Shown: positions 8,088 to 17,982 of the stretch, piece after piece | Numbering within the stretch: position 1 is the stretch's first letter | How the letters are laid out: every line of letters starts with the position of its first letter | Source: Candidatus Aminicenantes bacterium | GTDB lineage: Bacteria; Acidobacteriota; Aminicenantia; Aminicenantales; UBA8522 | Direction: 5' to 3' | DNA length: 64,000 bases | NCBI GenBank assembly: GCA_037444845.1 | Contig: JBBILQ010000004.1 | Location: forward strand, 12,745 to 76,744 | Notes under the pieces: generated by a model | What the model saw: only the letters and a program-made list of their open reading frames with translations | The model's database searches: none | What the model was told of the DNA's origin: nothing | Program-made: the position numbers and the translations under genes

Positions 8088-11000
8088 CCTACTCCTAAGG
8101 CCGCGTTGGCCTGCGCGGCTAACTGTTCAAGGGTAAAGCCTTTGACGAATATTCCCTTCTTGGGACAGGTGGCCATGCAGCACCCGCAGCCCTTGCAGGC
8201 CGTCTCATCCACCTCGACCGTCTTTTTCACCGAACCATTTCTCATGTATTCGATTAATGTAATTGCCTGATAAGGACATGGTTCAATGCAGTAGGCGCAG
8301 CCGTCGCAGTTCTCATCCACCACCTGAGAAATGTTCGCCTCCAGCTCCACACTGTCCTTGGAGAGCACCGTCGATGCCCGGGAGGCTGTCGCCTGGGCCT
8401 GGATGATGCTCTCGTCGATGGCTTTGGCCGAATGAGCCAGGCCGCATAAAAAGACTCCCTCGGTGGCAAAATCAACAGGCCGCAACTTCATGTGGGCTTC
8501 CAGGAAAAACTTCTCCTTGGTTAAGGGGACTTTCAAGAATTTGGCAATCTCCTCGTTCCCCTGATCTGCCACAATTCCGGCCGACAACACGACCAAGTCC
8601 GCGGTAAGCTCCAGGGGCATCTTTAACGTCTGGTCAAAAACCACGACACTCAACCCATTCCCGTTCTGGGACACCTCCGGCTTTCTATCCTCTTCATACC
8701 TGGCGAACATGACTCCCTGCCGCCTGGCTTCGGAATAGTAGCTTTCCCTGAACCCGTACGTCCTGATGTCCCGGAACAAAACATACACATTCGTCTTAGA
8801 AGAAAGCTCTTTTATTTTTAGAGCGTTCTTGACGGCTTCGGTGCAGCAAATCCGGGAGCAGTAGGGCCTTTCCACATCCCGGGAGCCAACGCATTGAATC
8901 ATCACGATGTTCCTGGGAATTCCGTTATTCCTGCCCTTTGACCAAATTCCACCCTCGCCGAGGCGCTGCTCCAGCTCAAGCTGAGTTATGACTCTGTCAT
9001 TCTGTCCGTACAGATACTCCTTGGGTTTATATTGCTGAGCTCCGGTGGCAACGATCACGACGCCGTGTTCAAATTCTTCTGATTTTCCGTTCGTGCTAAT
9101 CGTTGTCTTGAAATTCCCGATTGTCCCTTCAATCTTTTCGATCTTAGCATCTGTGTAAAGAAAGATTTTTCCCGAGTCTTCGACCTGTTCGATAAGGCTT
9201 TTTAACCTGCTCTGCGGGTTTTCTCCGCTTATTAAGTAGTTGATATGCCGGAGATTTCCGCCCAGCTCCTTCTCCTTCTCAACCAGATGGACATAAAACC
9301 CCTGGTTAGCCAGTTCGATTGCCGAAGTCATGCCCGAAAGCCCGCCGCCGATGACGAGGGCAGCTTTAACGATGGGCACGGCTCTTTTCTGGAGAGGGCT
9401 CAATAATCGCGCCTTGGCCACAGCCATTCTGACCAAGTCCCTGGATTTCTCCGTTGCCTTTTCCGGCTCCGCCATATGCACCCAGGAGCACTGGTCCCTG
9501 ATATTGGCCATCTCGAAAAGATAGGGGTTCAGCCCAGCTTCCCTGGCCGTATTCCTGAACAGAGGCTCGTGAGTTCGCGGCGTGCAGGAGGCCACGACGA
9601 CGCGGTTGAGGCTGTGCTCCTTGATTTTTTCCTTTATTCTCTCTTGAGTGTCGTTCGAACAGGTGTAGAGGTTATTTTCTGCGTAAACGACACCGGGAAG
9701 CGTCCTGGCATACTCGACTACATCCAGGACACGGACCACCCCGGCGATATTTGTCCCGCAGTGACAGACGAAGACTCCGATTCGCGGCGCCTGCCCGCTG
9801 ACATCAGTCTCCGGGGGGTATTCCTTGGGAATAATAAGGCTTCCTTTAACGTCTCTTAAGAGCGACAGGACTTTGGACGAGGCGCCCGAGGCCTGCATGA
9901 CCGTCTCCGGTATATCCTTTGGCTCAGTAAAAGGACCGGCGACATACACTCCTTCGCGTTTTGATTCAACCGGAGCAAAAGGAGACGTCTTGCAGAAATG
10001 GAATTCATTGAGCTCGACCCCGAATATTTCAGAAATTTCTTTGGCCGATTTTGGGGGGAGCATGCCGACGGATAAAACAACAAGGTCATACTCACGCGAA
10101 GCCTTCCTGTCGTCCTCCGTTAGATAGTCGACGATCAGGTTTTTTGTTTGAGGGACCTCTTTAATGGTGGGCGGACGACACCTTACATAATTTACTCCAT
10201 GCTCCTTAGCCCTTTGATAATACTCATCAAACCCCTTGCTGAAGGCGCGCATGTCCATGATGTAGACATCACAGTCCAGATCTCCGCTGATATGCTCCTT
10301 GGCAATGATGGCTTCCTTGGTCGCGTACATGCAGCAGACAGAGGAGCAATAATCCCGCTCCGAATCACGCGAGCCCACGCACTGGATAAAGGCTATCCTT
10401 CTGGGTTCGGTCTTGTCATAAGGCCTTAAGACTTTTCCAGAATAGGGGCCCGAAGCAGAGAGGATTCTTTCAAACTCGAGCGAGGTGACGACATTAGGGG
10501 AAGCCCCGTATCCCAAACCCTCTTTGATCTTGGCGTCGAACAGGTCGTATCCCGGCGACAGGATGACCGCGCCGACATCCAATTCCATTTTCTTCTCGGT
10601 CTGGTCATAGTCAATCGCCCCGGCTTCGCAAAACTCCTTGCAGACCCCGCATTCATCCTTGAGCACATGGACACAGTATCGTTCGTCGATCGCTGCTTTA
10701 TGAGGAACGGCCTGGGGATAGGCAATGTAGGCCGCAGCCCGATCGAGCAATCCCTTGTCAAATTCATTCAAGATGGGGATTTCTTTATTCTTGCTGATTT
10801 TCTCAAGCCTAATCCTTTCGGTCGGACAAATAAAGGCACAGGCTCCGCAGGTCTGGCAGACATCGGAATTGGCATCAAACGGCGGGCCGACCTTCCGCTG
10901 AGGTCCGCGATGGACAAACCCGATGGCCGCGACACCCATTCGTTCGCAGCACATTCTTGTGCACAAGCCGCAAAGGAAACAATCATCGTTCCTCTTTGTA

Positions 11001-11347
11001 AAGCGTGTTTCTCTAACCCCATGTTCTTCGGCAACACTCTGGATGACTTTTGAATCAGGGCATCTCGCCAGGAGCAGTTCGATCATGATCTTCCGCGATT
11101 TTTTCACCCTTTCGGAATCCGTCTTCACCTCCAAACGATGGCTCGCCGGATAGGTGCATGAAGTCTGAATCGTCGTCCTCCCCCTTTGAATAACCTCGAC
11201 CAGGCATAATCTGCAAGCTCCGTAAGGAGTTAGGGCTTTATGATAACAGAGAGTCGGGACCTTTATGCCCACACTCTGAAGACATTCTAAGACTGTCTTC
11301 CCTTCATCGAATTCGTACTGTCTGCCGTTTATCGTCAGCTCAATCAC
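8084..11347 (-). CDS. hdrA: HdrA-like FAD/FeS oxidoreductase with an N-terminal NuoG-like 2Fe-2S/4Fe-4S domain and tandem HdrA modules (1087 aa)
   Basis: N-terminus MIELTINGRQYEF...CYHKALTPYGACRLCLVEV (2Fe-2S ferredoxin domain); FAD-binding GGGLSGMTSAIELA; HdrA Cys-rich CHCGTNIAG and CSWVH motifs; C-terminal CxxCxxCxxxCP ferredoxin. Confidence 0.85.
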   Translation of the reverse strand: MIELTINGRQYEFDEGKTVLECLQSVGIKVPTLCYHKALTPYGACRLCLVEVIQRGRTTIQTSCTYPASHRLEVKTDSERVKKSRKIMIELLLARCPDSKVIQSVAEEHGVRETRFTKRNDDCFLCGLCTRMCCERMGVAAIGFVHRGPQRKVGPPFDANSDVCQTCGACAFICPTERIRLEKISKNKEIPILNEFDKGLLDRAAAYIAYPQAVPHKAAIDERYCVHVLKDECGVCKEFCEAGAIDYDQTEKKMELDVGAVILSPGYDLFDAKIKEGLGYGASPNVVTSLEFERILSASGPYSGKVLRPYDKTEPRRIAFIQCVGSRDSERDYCSSVCCMYATKEAIIAKEHISGDLDCDVYIMDMRAFSKGFDEYYQRAKEHGVNYVRCRPPTIKEVPQTKNLIVDYLTEDDRKASREYDLVVLSVGMLPPKSAKEISEIFGVELNEFHFCKTSPFAPVESKREGVYVAGPFTEPKDIPETVMQASGASSKVLSLLRDVKGSLIIPKEYPPETDVSGQAPRIGVFVCHCGTNIAGVVRVLDVVEYARTLPGVVYAENNLYTCSNDTQERIKEKIKEHSLNRVVVASCTPRTHEPLFRNTAREAGLNPYLFEMANIRDQCSWVHMAEPEKATEKSRDLVRMAVAKARLLSPLQKRAVPIVKAALVIGGGLSGMTSAIELANQGFYVHLVEKEKELGGNLRHINYLISGENPQSRLKSLIEQVEDSGKIFLYTDAKIEKIEGTIGNFKTTISTNGKSEEFEHGVVIVATGAQQYKPKEYLYGQNDRVITQLELEQRLGEGGIWSKGRNNGIPRNIVMIQCVGSRDVERPYCSRICCTEAVKNALKIKELSSKTNVYVLFRDIRTYGFRESYYSEARRQGVMFARYEEDRKPEVSQNGNGLSVVVFDQTLKMPLELTADLVVLSAGIVADQGNEEIAKFLKVPLTKEKFFLEAHMKLRPVDFATEGVFLCGLAHSAKAIDESIIQAQATASRASTVLSKDSVELEANISQVVDENCDGCAYCIEPCPYQAITLIEYMRNGSVKKTVEVDETACKGCGCCMATCPKKGIFVKGFTLEQLAAQANAALGVG

Positions 11348-11375
11348 GCCGACCTCCGTTCAAAGGAAACTGTTT

Positions 11376-14300
11376 TCATTCTTTAGCCTCGAGATCACAC
11401 CTCAGACATCGCTTGGCTTCAAGGACGGCATCGGCCTCGCTGAATCCCAGTTCAACCTCTGAAAAATCTTTAAGTCTCTGCTCAACCGGCCGGGATTGGA
11501 CTTCAGGCCTTTTCAGGCTTTTCGTCTCTTGCTCCGTGAGCTCAACGGCCTCCACATGCACGGCCGGACGGGTGACCTCATATCTTCTCTCCAGCTTTTC
11601 ACCCCTGATATACGTATCTATCATCTGAGCAGCCGTTTTGCCATGGGCCATGGCCTCGGTCACTGTATTCGGGCCGGTCACCACATCACCCCCTGCGAAT
11701 ATCCCCTTGATATTTGTAGAAAGAGTTTCGGGATCGACCTCGATGGTATTCCATTTAGAAATGTTCAATCCATTTCCGCTGAACAAAGAGACATCCGGCT
11801 CCTGACTGATGGCCAAAATCAACGTATCCACGTCGAGGCGAAATTCTGAGCCCTCTACCGGGACAGGCCGTCTTCTCCCGCTCTGGTCTATTTCTCCCAG
11901 TTCCATCCTGATACATTCAATAGCTTTGAGCTGGCCATTGCCTGAAATGACTTTGACCGGAGCAGCCAGGAATTGGATCTCCACGCCCTCGGCCATGGCT
12001 CCTTCAACTTCGCTCTCGATAGCGGGCATCTCCGCTCTCGTCCTTCTGTATAAAATTTTCGTATTCCTGCCTAAGCGTCTGGCTACCCGGGCAGCATCGA
12101 TGGCAGAATTTCCCCCCCCGACAACGATGACCTTGTCACCAATCTTGACTTGGCGTCCAAGGTTAACATCCCTCAGGAATTCGATGGCATCGATAACACC
12201 CCCCGCTTCTTCGCCGGGGATTTTCATCTTCAAGCCTCTATGAGCTCCGATGGCGATGAAAACAGCGTTATAGTCTTCCTTCAGTTTAGCTAAGGAAATG
12301 TCTTTCCCCACAGTCGTGTTCGTCTTTATTTCCACCCCTAATTTTTTTATCCTGTCTATTTCATACTTCAAGACATCCTTGGGGAGCCTGAAATCCGGAA
12401 TACCCAGGGCCAGCATGCCGCCGGGGAGTTCCTGGCTTTCAAATATGGTCACTTTGTACCCTTCAAGAGCAAGATAATAAGCGCACGTCAGCCCTCCCGG
12501 ACCGGAGCCAACGATGGCCACCTTTTCTTTTTTTTGGCTCTTTGGTTTTTCTCCCGTGTCGAGGTCATGCTTCATCTCATAATCGGCCAGGAAACGCTTC
12601 AGCAGCCTGATGGAGATGGGATCATCCCATTCCCCGGCGACGCACTTCTTTTCACAGGGCGTATTACAGACCCTCCCGCAGACAAGAGGGAGCGGGTTTT
12701 CTTTTCTCACCACTTTAATGGCATCTTCAAGTTTTCCCCGGGCAATGAGCCCTATATAACTGGGGACATCCTGGGAAAGCGGGCAGATATGCTGACAGGC
12801 AGATGAAATAATCCCCTTGCACACCAACGCAGAGCATCTCTTGTATTTAATGTGCTCGATATACTCGTCCTCGAAATATCTCAACGTGCTCAGGACAGGG
12901 TTCGGGAGCGTCTGTCCCAGCCCGCACATCGAGGCGTCTTTGATCGCATCGCTGAGCTCTTCTAAAATCTGGATGTCCTTTTCTTTGCCTTCCCCTCTGC
13001 AGATCCTCCTGAGTATTTCCAGGAGCTCCGTTGACCCGTCGCGGCAGGAAGCGCATTTTCCGCAGGACTCATCGTTGGTGAATTCGATAAAATACTTGGC
13101 CACATCCACGACACAGGTGTCCTCGTCCATCACAATCAACCCGCCGGATCCCATAATCGACCCTGCTTCGGTCAATTTTTCATAATCCACCGGCAGGTTT
13201 ATCAAACTCGCGGGAATGCACCCCCCTGAAGGCCCTCCCGTCTGGATGGCCTTGAACTTTTTCCCCTTCGGGATTCCGCCTCCGATATCATAGATGATTT
13301 CTTTTAGAGTAATTCCCATGGGGACTTCGACCAGGCCCGTGTTGTTGATCTTGCCGACAAGAGAAAATACCTTTGTCCCTTTGCTCAACGGAGTGCCAAT
13401 ACTGCTAAACCAATCCGATCCTCGGTCAATGATAACCGGAATCGTCGCCCAGGTTTCGACATTATTGATGACCGTGGGCTTTCCCCATAGCCCTGACTCA
13501 ACAGGAAACGGCGGCCTCTGTCTTGGCTCTGGCGGACGCCCCTCTATGGAACCGATGAGCGAGGTTTCTTCGCCGCAAACGAATGCCCCTGCTCCCTGTT
13601 TGATGGAAATATCAAAGCTGAAATCCGTATCGAATATTCTTTCACCAAGAAGCCCGTAATCTCTTGCCTGGGCCAGCGCAATCTCCAGCCTCTTCATGGC
13701 CAGCGGGTACTCCGCTCTGATGTAGACATACCCTTTTCTGGCGCCTATGGCTCTGGCTCCGATCAGCATTCCTTCGATGACCGAATGAGGGTCAGCCTCG
13801 ACAATGCTCCTGTCCATGTAAGCGCCGGGGTCGCCTTCATCTCCATTGCAGATGATGTATTTTGTGTCTCCCGGCTGGTTCCAGCACAGTTCCCACTTCA
13901 GGCCTGTTGGGAATCCAGCCCCTCCCCGGCCTCGCAGGCCGGATTTTTTCACTTCTTCAATAATATCTTCCGTCGACATTTCTGTGAGCGCCTTGGCCAG
14001 GGCTTTATACCCGTCTCTGGCGATGTATTCGTCGATGACTTCAGGGTCTATTAACCCCCTGTTTCTAAGAGAGATGAGCGTCTGGCGGGAGAAGAATCCA
14101 ATATCCATCATCTTGGGAATGGGAACCCTCTCGGCAGGGGGGGTAAACAGAAGCCGCTTGACAGGCCTCCCTTTCAAGAAATGCTCCTCAACCAGATGCG
14201 GAATGATATCTTTAGTTAGACTATGATAGAAAATGCCATCGGGCATGACAGTCATGACAGGGCCTACAGCGCAAAATCCGTTACATCCTGTCATGACAAC

Positions 14301-14441
14301 GATGACTTCTTTATCCAGTCCTTGCTTCTTTAATTCTTCGTCCAGCGCTTCCTTGATCTTAAAAGCCTTATTGGAAACACAAGCGGTCCCCGCGCAGAGC
14401 ATTAAATGGAGCCTGTATCTGTCCAAGTTTTGCCCGTTCAT
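11376..14441 (-). CDS. NuoE-like/NuoF-like/GltD(NfnB)-like fusion: NAD(P)H-oxidising flavoprotein (FlxA-like input module)
   Basis: N-terminal thioredoxin-like 2Fe-2S domain; NuoF motifs GLRGRGGAGFPTGLKWE and SCGKCxxCR; C-terminal GltD-type VAIVGSGPGGLTCAYYLALEGY...GGGNSAIDAAR. Confidence 0.85.
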   Translation of the reverse strand: MNGQNLDRYRLHLMLCAGTACVSNKAFKIKEALDEELKKQGLDKEVIVVMTGCNGFCAVGPVMTVMPDGIFYHSLTKDIIPHLVEEHFLKGRPVKRLLFTPPAERVPIPKMMDIGFFSRQTLISLRNRGLIDPEVIDEYIARDGYKALAKALTEMSTEDIIEEVKKSGLRGRGGAGFPTGLKWELCWNQPGDTKYIICNGDEGDPGAYMDRSIVEADPHSVIEGMLIGARAIGARKGYVYIRAEYPLAMKRLEIALAQARDYGLLGERIFDTDFSFDISIKQGAGAFVCGEETSLIGSIEGRPPEPRQRPPFPVESGLWGKPTVINNVETWATIPVIIDRGSDWFSSIGTPLSKGTKVFSLVGKINNTGLVEVPMGITLKEIIYDIGGGIPKGKKFKAIQTGGPSGGCIPASLINLPVDYEKLTEAGSIMGSGGLIVMDEDTCVVDVAKYFIEFTNDESCGKCASCRDGSTELLEILRRICRGEGKEKDIQILEELSDAIKDASMCGLGQTLPNPVLSTLRYFEDEYIEHIKYKRCSALVCKGIISSACQHICPLSQDVPSYIGLIARGKLEDAIKVVRKENPLPLVCGRVCNTPCEKKCVAGEWDDPISIRLLKRFLADYEMKHDLDTGEKPKSQKKEKVAIVGSGPGGLTCAYYLALEGYKVTIFESQELPGGMLALGIPDFRLPKDVLKYEIDRIKKLGVEIKTNTTVGKDISLAKLKEDYNAVFIAIGAHRGLKMKIPGEEAGGVIDAIEFLRDVNLGRQVKIGDKVIVVGGGNSAIDAARVARRLGRNTKILYRRTRAEMPAIESEVEGAMAEGVEIQFLAAPVKVISGNGQLKAIECIRMELGEIDQSGRRRPVPVEGSEFRLDVDTLILAISQEPDVSLFSGNGLNISKWNTIEVDPETLSTNIKGIFAGGDVVTGPNTVTEAMAHGKTAAQMIDTYIRGEKLERRYEVTRPAVHVEAVELTEQETKSLKRPEVQSRPVEQRLKDFSEVELGFSEADAVLEAKRCLRCDLEAKE

Positions 14442-14481
14442 CGTCTATTTGACCTCTATTCGTGAAATGACGGAAAGCACG

Positions 14482-14865
14482 TCAAGAGACCCTCTCGCTT
14501 CCCACAGCCAGGGCATAGTCACTGACGATCTTCCCTCCGTTGACGTGCTCTGCCAATATTCTCCGTATCTTTTCCGGAGTCAAATCGACATACTTGACAG
14601 GCGCGTCGCCCTTCAGTTCCACCGTGGCCATGGGCTCTTTGCTGCACAACCCCGCGCACCCTGAGCTGGTGAGAATAACATCCTTGATGTTTTGCTTCTC
14701 AAACTCATCCATTAACGTGCTCATGATCACCCTCGCTCCAGCGGCTATCCCGCAAGTTCCCATGTGAACGGTTATTTTGGCTCTTCCCGCTCCTTCCCTC
14801 AAAAGAGTCGTCTTTTTCACTCTCTCGCTGATGGCATCCAAATCTTTAATCGTTAGTTTCGGCAT
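14482..14865 (-). CDS. NuoE/HoxE-like thioredoxin-fold 2Fe-2S ferredoxin
   Basis: Cys pattern HMGTCGIAAGA...SSGCAGLCSKEP, typical of NuoE-family proteins. Confidence 0.8.
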   Translation of the reverse strand: MPKLTIKDLDAISERVKKTTLLREGAGRAKITVHMGTCGIAAGARVIMSTLMDEFEKQNIKDVILTSSGCAGLCSKEPMATVELKGDAPVKYVDLTPEKIRRILAEHVNGGKIVSDYALAVGSERVS

Positions 14866-14926
14866 TATCTCTCTCTCCGTTAAAAGCGTTCAAGCATCAG
14901 ACCTTGAACGGCTTTTGCCCGAGCCA

Positions 14927-15817
14927 TTACTGGGCGTGCGCATATGTTCCCAGCAACTCGGGCACTTTTGTCTTGGACATAAGACCATGAATATCTTCTC
15001 CCACCTTCAGGACTGGAGCCAGGCCGCAGCATCCGATACAACGCACGGTCTCAAGCGTAAAAAGCATGTCCTTTGTCGTCTCCCCGTTTCTTATCCCCAG
15101 CTCACTTTCAAGGGCCCCGACAACTTTGCCGGCGCCCTTGACATGACAGGCCGTCCCGAGGCAGACCGTGATGATATGCTTGCCCCTCGGCTCCAGGCTG
15201 AAAGCGTTATAAAAGGTGGCGATTCTACAGACCACACTCAAAGGCATGTTGAGCTGATCAGCCACGTATCTCAACACGGGCTCGGGCAGATAGTTATACG
15301 TATCATTGGCTTTCTGCAGGATGGCGACCAGCGGCCCTTCTATATCTTTATATTCTTTGATGATTCTGTTCATGATTTCCATATCTTTAACGGAAATATC
15401 AATTTTGTCTTTTTCCGGTGTCACATAAATGATATGGTGAACCGGGCAATTCTCCGTGCAGATACCGCATCCCGTGCACTTCTCCTCGTCCACAAACCTC
15501 GGTCTCTTCCGGATTTTTACTTTAAAATGGCCAGCTGTTCCTTCGATGCTCTCGATGTCGGCAAGGGAAATCACTTCAATGTCCTTGTGTCTGCCCACTT
15601 CAACCAGCCTCGGCGCCATCGTGCACATGGCGCAATCGTTCGTCGGGAAAGTCTTGTCGAGTTGAGCCATGACGCCGCCGATGGATGGTTGGCTATCGAC
15701 CAGATAAACCTTAATGCCTGATTCAGCCAGGTCAAGGGCTGCCTGCATACCGCCAATTCCGCCGCCAACAACCAGGGCGGCACCAATTTTTTTATTTTCC
15801 TCTGCGTTCATTGACAT
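14927..15817 (-). CDS. Fusion of an HdrA N-terminal FAD-binding/ferredoxin segment with a NuoE-like 2Fe-2S domain
   Basis: ALVVGGGIGGMQAALDLAESG...DKTFPTNDCAMCTMAPRLVEV (HdrA N-terminus), CTGCGICTENCP, then NuoE-like CLGTACHVKG...CIGCCGLAP. Confidence 0.7.
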   Translation of the reverse strand: MSMNAEENKKIGAALVVGGGIGGMQAALDLAESGIKVYLVDSQPSIGGVMAQLDKTFPTNDCAMCTMAPRLVEVGRHKDIEVISLADIESIEGTAGHFKVKIRKRPRFVDEEKCTGCGICTENCPVHHIIYVTPEKDKIDISVKDMEIMNRIIKEYKDIEGPLVAILQKANDTYNYLPEPVLRYVADQLNMPLSVVCRIATFYNAFSLEPRGKHIITVCLGTACHVKGAGKVVGALESELGIRNGETTKDMLFTLETVRCIGCCGLAPVLKVGEDIHGLMSKTKVPELLGTYAHAQ

Positions 15818-15898
15818 GGCCTGAGATTCTCTCCTTGTTCACACGCCTTTGAACCCTATTTTTCATTCCGGTTCGTATCGCCTTCATTCCTTCTCCAC

Positions 15899-16750
15899 TC
15901 AGAGAAGGCCTTTTGATTTCAATAGATCACACGGATCAATAATGTGCCTTCTTAGCCATTGATCTACTTCCTCCGAGCCCAAGGCCAATCCTAGTAGCTC
16001 TGTAAAATAAAAGATGGGGAAGTGAACCTCCCGACCTACATTTTTCGAGACCGCCAGCTGTTTCGTGTCCAGATTGGCTTGGCAGAGGGGGCATGCCGTG
16101 GCCACACAATCCGCTCCTGCATCTTCCGCCATTTGGATGAGTTTTCCTGAAAGCTGGGCCACAATATCAGGTCGGGAAAGCATCAGGCTTCCACCACAAC
16201 AGTCTGTTTTATAGGACCAGGGATAAACCTCCACGCCCAAAAGGGATAAAAGCTCATCCATAGCTTGGGGATTTTCGTAGTTTTTCGCATCCGTCACCTT
16301 GGGAGGCCTGGTTATGAGACACCCATAGTAACAAACAGCCTTGAGACCCTTCAAAGGTTTTTTTATTTTCTCTTTGATGCCTTTAAGATTTTCTTTTTCA
16401 AAGAGAAAATCGAGGAGATGTTTAATGGGAACTTTTCCCCGATAGGAAGTCTCTATAACAGGTTTCTTTCCTTCTCGGACGTGTTTTTCTGCAACCTTGA
16501 ACCTTTGAAAGCAAGCGGCGCAAGGAATCACCAGGTCCAAGCCAACATCCTCCGCCGTAACAAGGTTGCGTGTCGCAAGCTCAATGGCTAAGACCTCATC
16601 GGTACAATGGGCAGAACTCGCACCACAGCAGTTCCAGTCTGTAAGTTCATTTAGCTCGATACCCAGAATCTTGCAGACCTCCAGCGTGGATTTTCCATAC
16701 TCAAGTCCAGTGCTACGCAGGGAACAGCCGGGGTAATACGAAACTTTCAC
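15899..16750 (-). CDS. hdrB: HdrB-like subunit with two CCG domains
   Basis: YYPGCSL...NCCGA and YYGCLITRP...CCGG...CPLCQ, the CCG-domain signatures. Confidence 0.9.
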   Translation of the reverse strand: MKVSYYPGCSLRSTGLEYGKSTLEVCKILGIELNELTDWNCCGASSAHCTDEVLAIELATRNLVTAEDVGLDLVIPCAACFQRFKVAEKHVREGKKPVIETSYRGKVPIKHLLDFLFEKENLKGIKEKIKKPLKGLKAVCYYGCLITRPPKVTDAKNYENPQAMDELLSLLGVEVYPWSYKTDCCGGSLMLSRPDIVAQLSGKLIQMAEDAGADCVATACPLCQANLDTKQLAVSKNVGREVHFPIFYFTELLGLALGSEEVDQWLRRHIIDPCDLLKSKGLL

Positions 16751-17334
16751 GTACGTTCTCCTCTGTTTAGCTTTTTGAAAAGCTTTTTGATCTCTTTTCT
16801 TCCTTTGATCCTTTCAGGGATGATTTTCAGCTTTCCATTCTTGAACAACTTCCATCCCACTTTCATGTCTTCCAAAAGAGAACCGTTCTTTATGTTGGAA
16901 ACCAAATCTCCACTTCTCAGGACGTATGAGCCAATCATCCCCAGCTCATACAGTCTTCCCGTTTTTTTAATCGAGGAGAGAACGGAACCGTGAAAAACAG
17001 ATGGCCTCTTTTCTCCCAACTCCAATCCGGATTTGATTGAAGCCATCCTCAGAGCGTCTATAATCTTGGCGACATCAATATCATTAGGACAGCGTGTGGT
17101 GCAGGCTTCACAGGAAACGCACAGCCAGATAGAAGAGCTCTTTAAAACGATTTCTTTTAGTCCCATTCGAATCATATGAATGATCTTGTGCGGCGGTAAA
17201 TCCATAGCAAAAGCAACGGGGCATCCGCTGGAACATGTCTTACACTGATAACAGATTGAAGCGCTTTCCCCGCTGAATTTCTCCACCTCCGCAAGCCAGG
17301 CGTGATTTGGGACAATCGCTGACTCAGACGGCAT
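16747..17334 (-). CDS. hdrC: HdrC-like 4Fe-4S subunit
   Basis: CYQCKTCSSGCPV and CVSCEACTTRCP cluster motifs. Confidence 0.85.
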   Translation of the reverse strand: MPSESAIVPNHAWLAEVEKFSGESASICYQCKTCSSGCPVAFAMDLPPHKIIHMIRMGLKEIVLKSSSIWLCVSCEACTTRCPNDIDVAKIIDALRMASIKSGLELGEKRPSVFHGSVLSSIKKTGRLYELGMIGSYVLRSGDLVSNIKNGSLLEDMKVGWKLFKNGKLKIIPERIKGRKEIKKLFKKLNRGERT

Positions 17335-17647
17335 GATTTATCTCCTTGACACTGTGAGGAAACGGGCCATCGAAATCATATCTCCACCCCCAGGGCTCTG
17401 TCTTTCTGGGGCAGGCCGTTGAACAATCGCCGCAGTAGTAGCACAACCACGGCTCGAGGCTGCTTCGCAGCAGGCCTTTCAAGCCCAGGAGCACATAGCG
17501 CATCGTTCTCCTGGGAAATGAAGCCGAGTCCTTTGCTAAGTTACAGGAAACCGTGCAGCTTCCGCATTGATAACAAGCGTTTACGTCGAAATGGCCGTAC
17601 TTCCGGACTTCTTCCAATAAGTTAGGATCACTTTTAATATTTATCAT
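17324..17647 (-). CDS. Small HdrC-like 4Fe-4S ferredoxin; first gene of the operon
   Basis: CYQCGSCTVSC and CYYCGDCSTACP motifs; overlaps hdrC by about 11 nt. Confidence 0.65.
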   Translation of the reverse strand: MINIKSDPNLLEEVRKYGHFDVNACYQCGSCTVSCNLAKDSASFPRRTMRYVLLGLKGLLRSSLEPWLCYYCGDCSTACPRKTEPWGWRYDFDGPFPHSVKEINHAV

Positions 17648-17982
17648 GCTTGCACCGCTTCACTGAGATAGCCCTATCCTTTCTTTTGGCCACAAACCTC
17701 CCTTTTGGCTTCTCTTAAAATCAATACATGGGTAAAGCTGTTTTGTCTTTCCGCTTTGAATAAGGGCATCGTCTTATAATTATAATAACAAGCAGGCAAT
17801 TAGTCCTGAACTGGGCCTCAGGAACACGGTATAATATAAAACAAAGATTCTGTTGTCAAGAAATTCGCAGAAACTCGCTTGGCTGACCAAAATTCGGGAG
17901 CGGTAGCGCTTTGAAAGCGAGTTGGATATAATAGAATGTTTATTTCTTTGATTCTCGAATTCATAAAATAAGGAGGCCCTGG

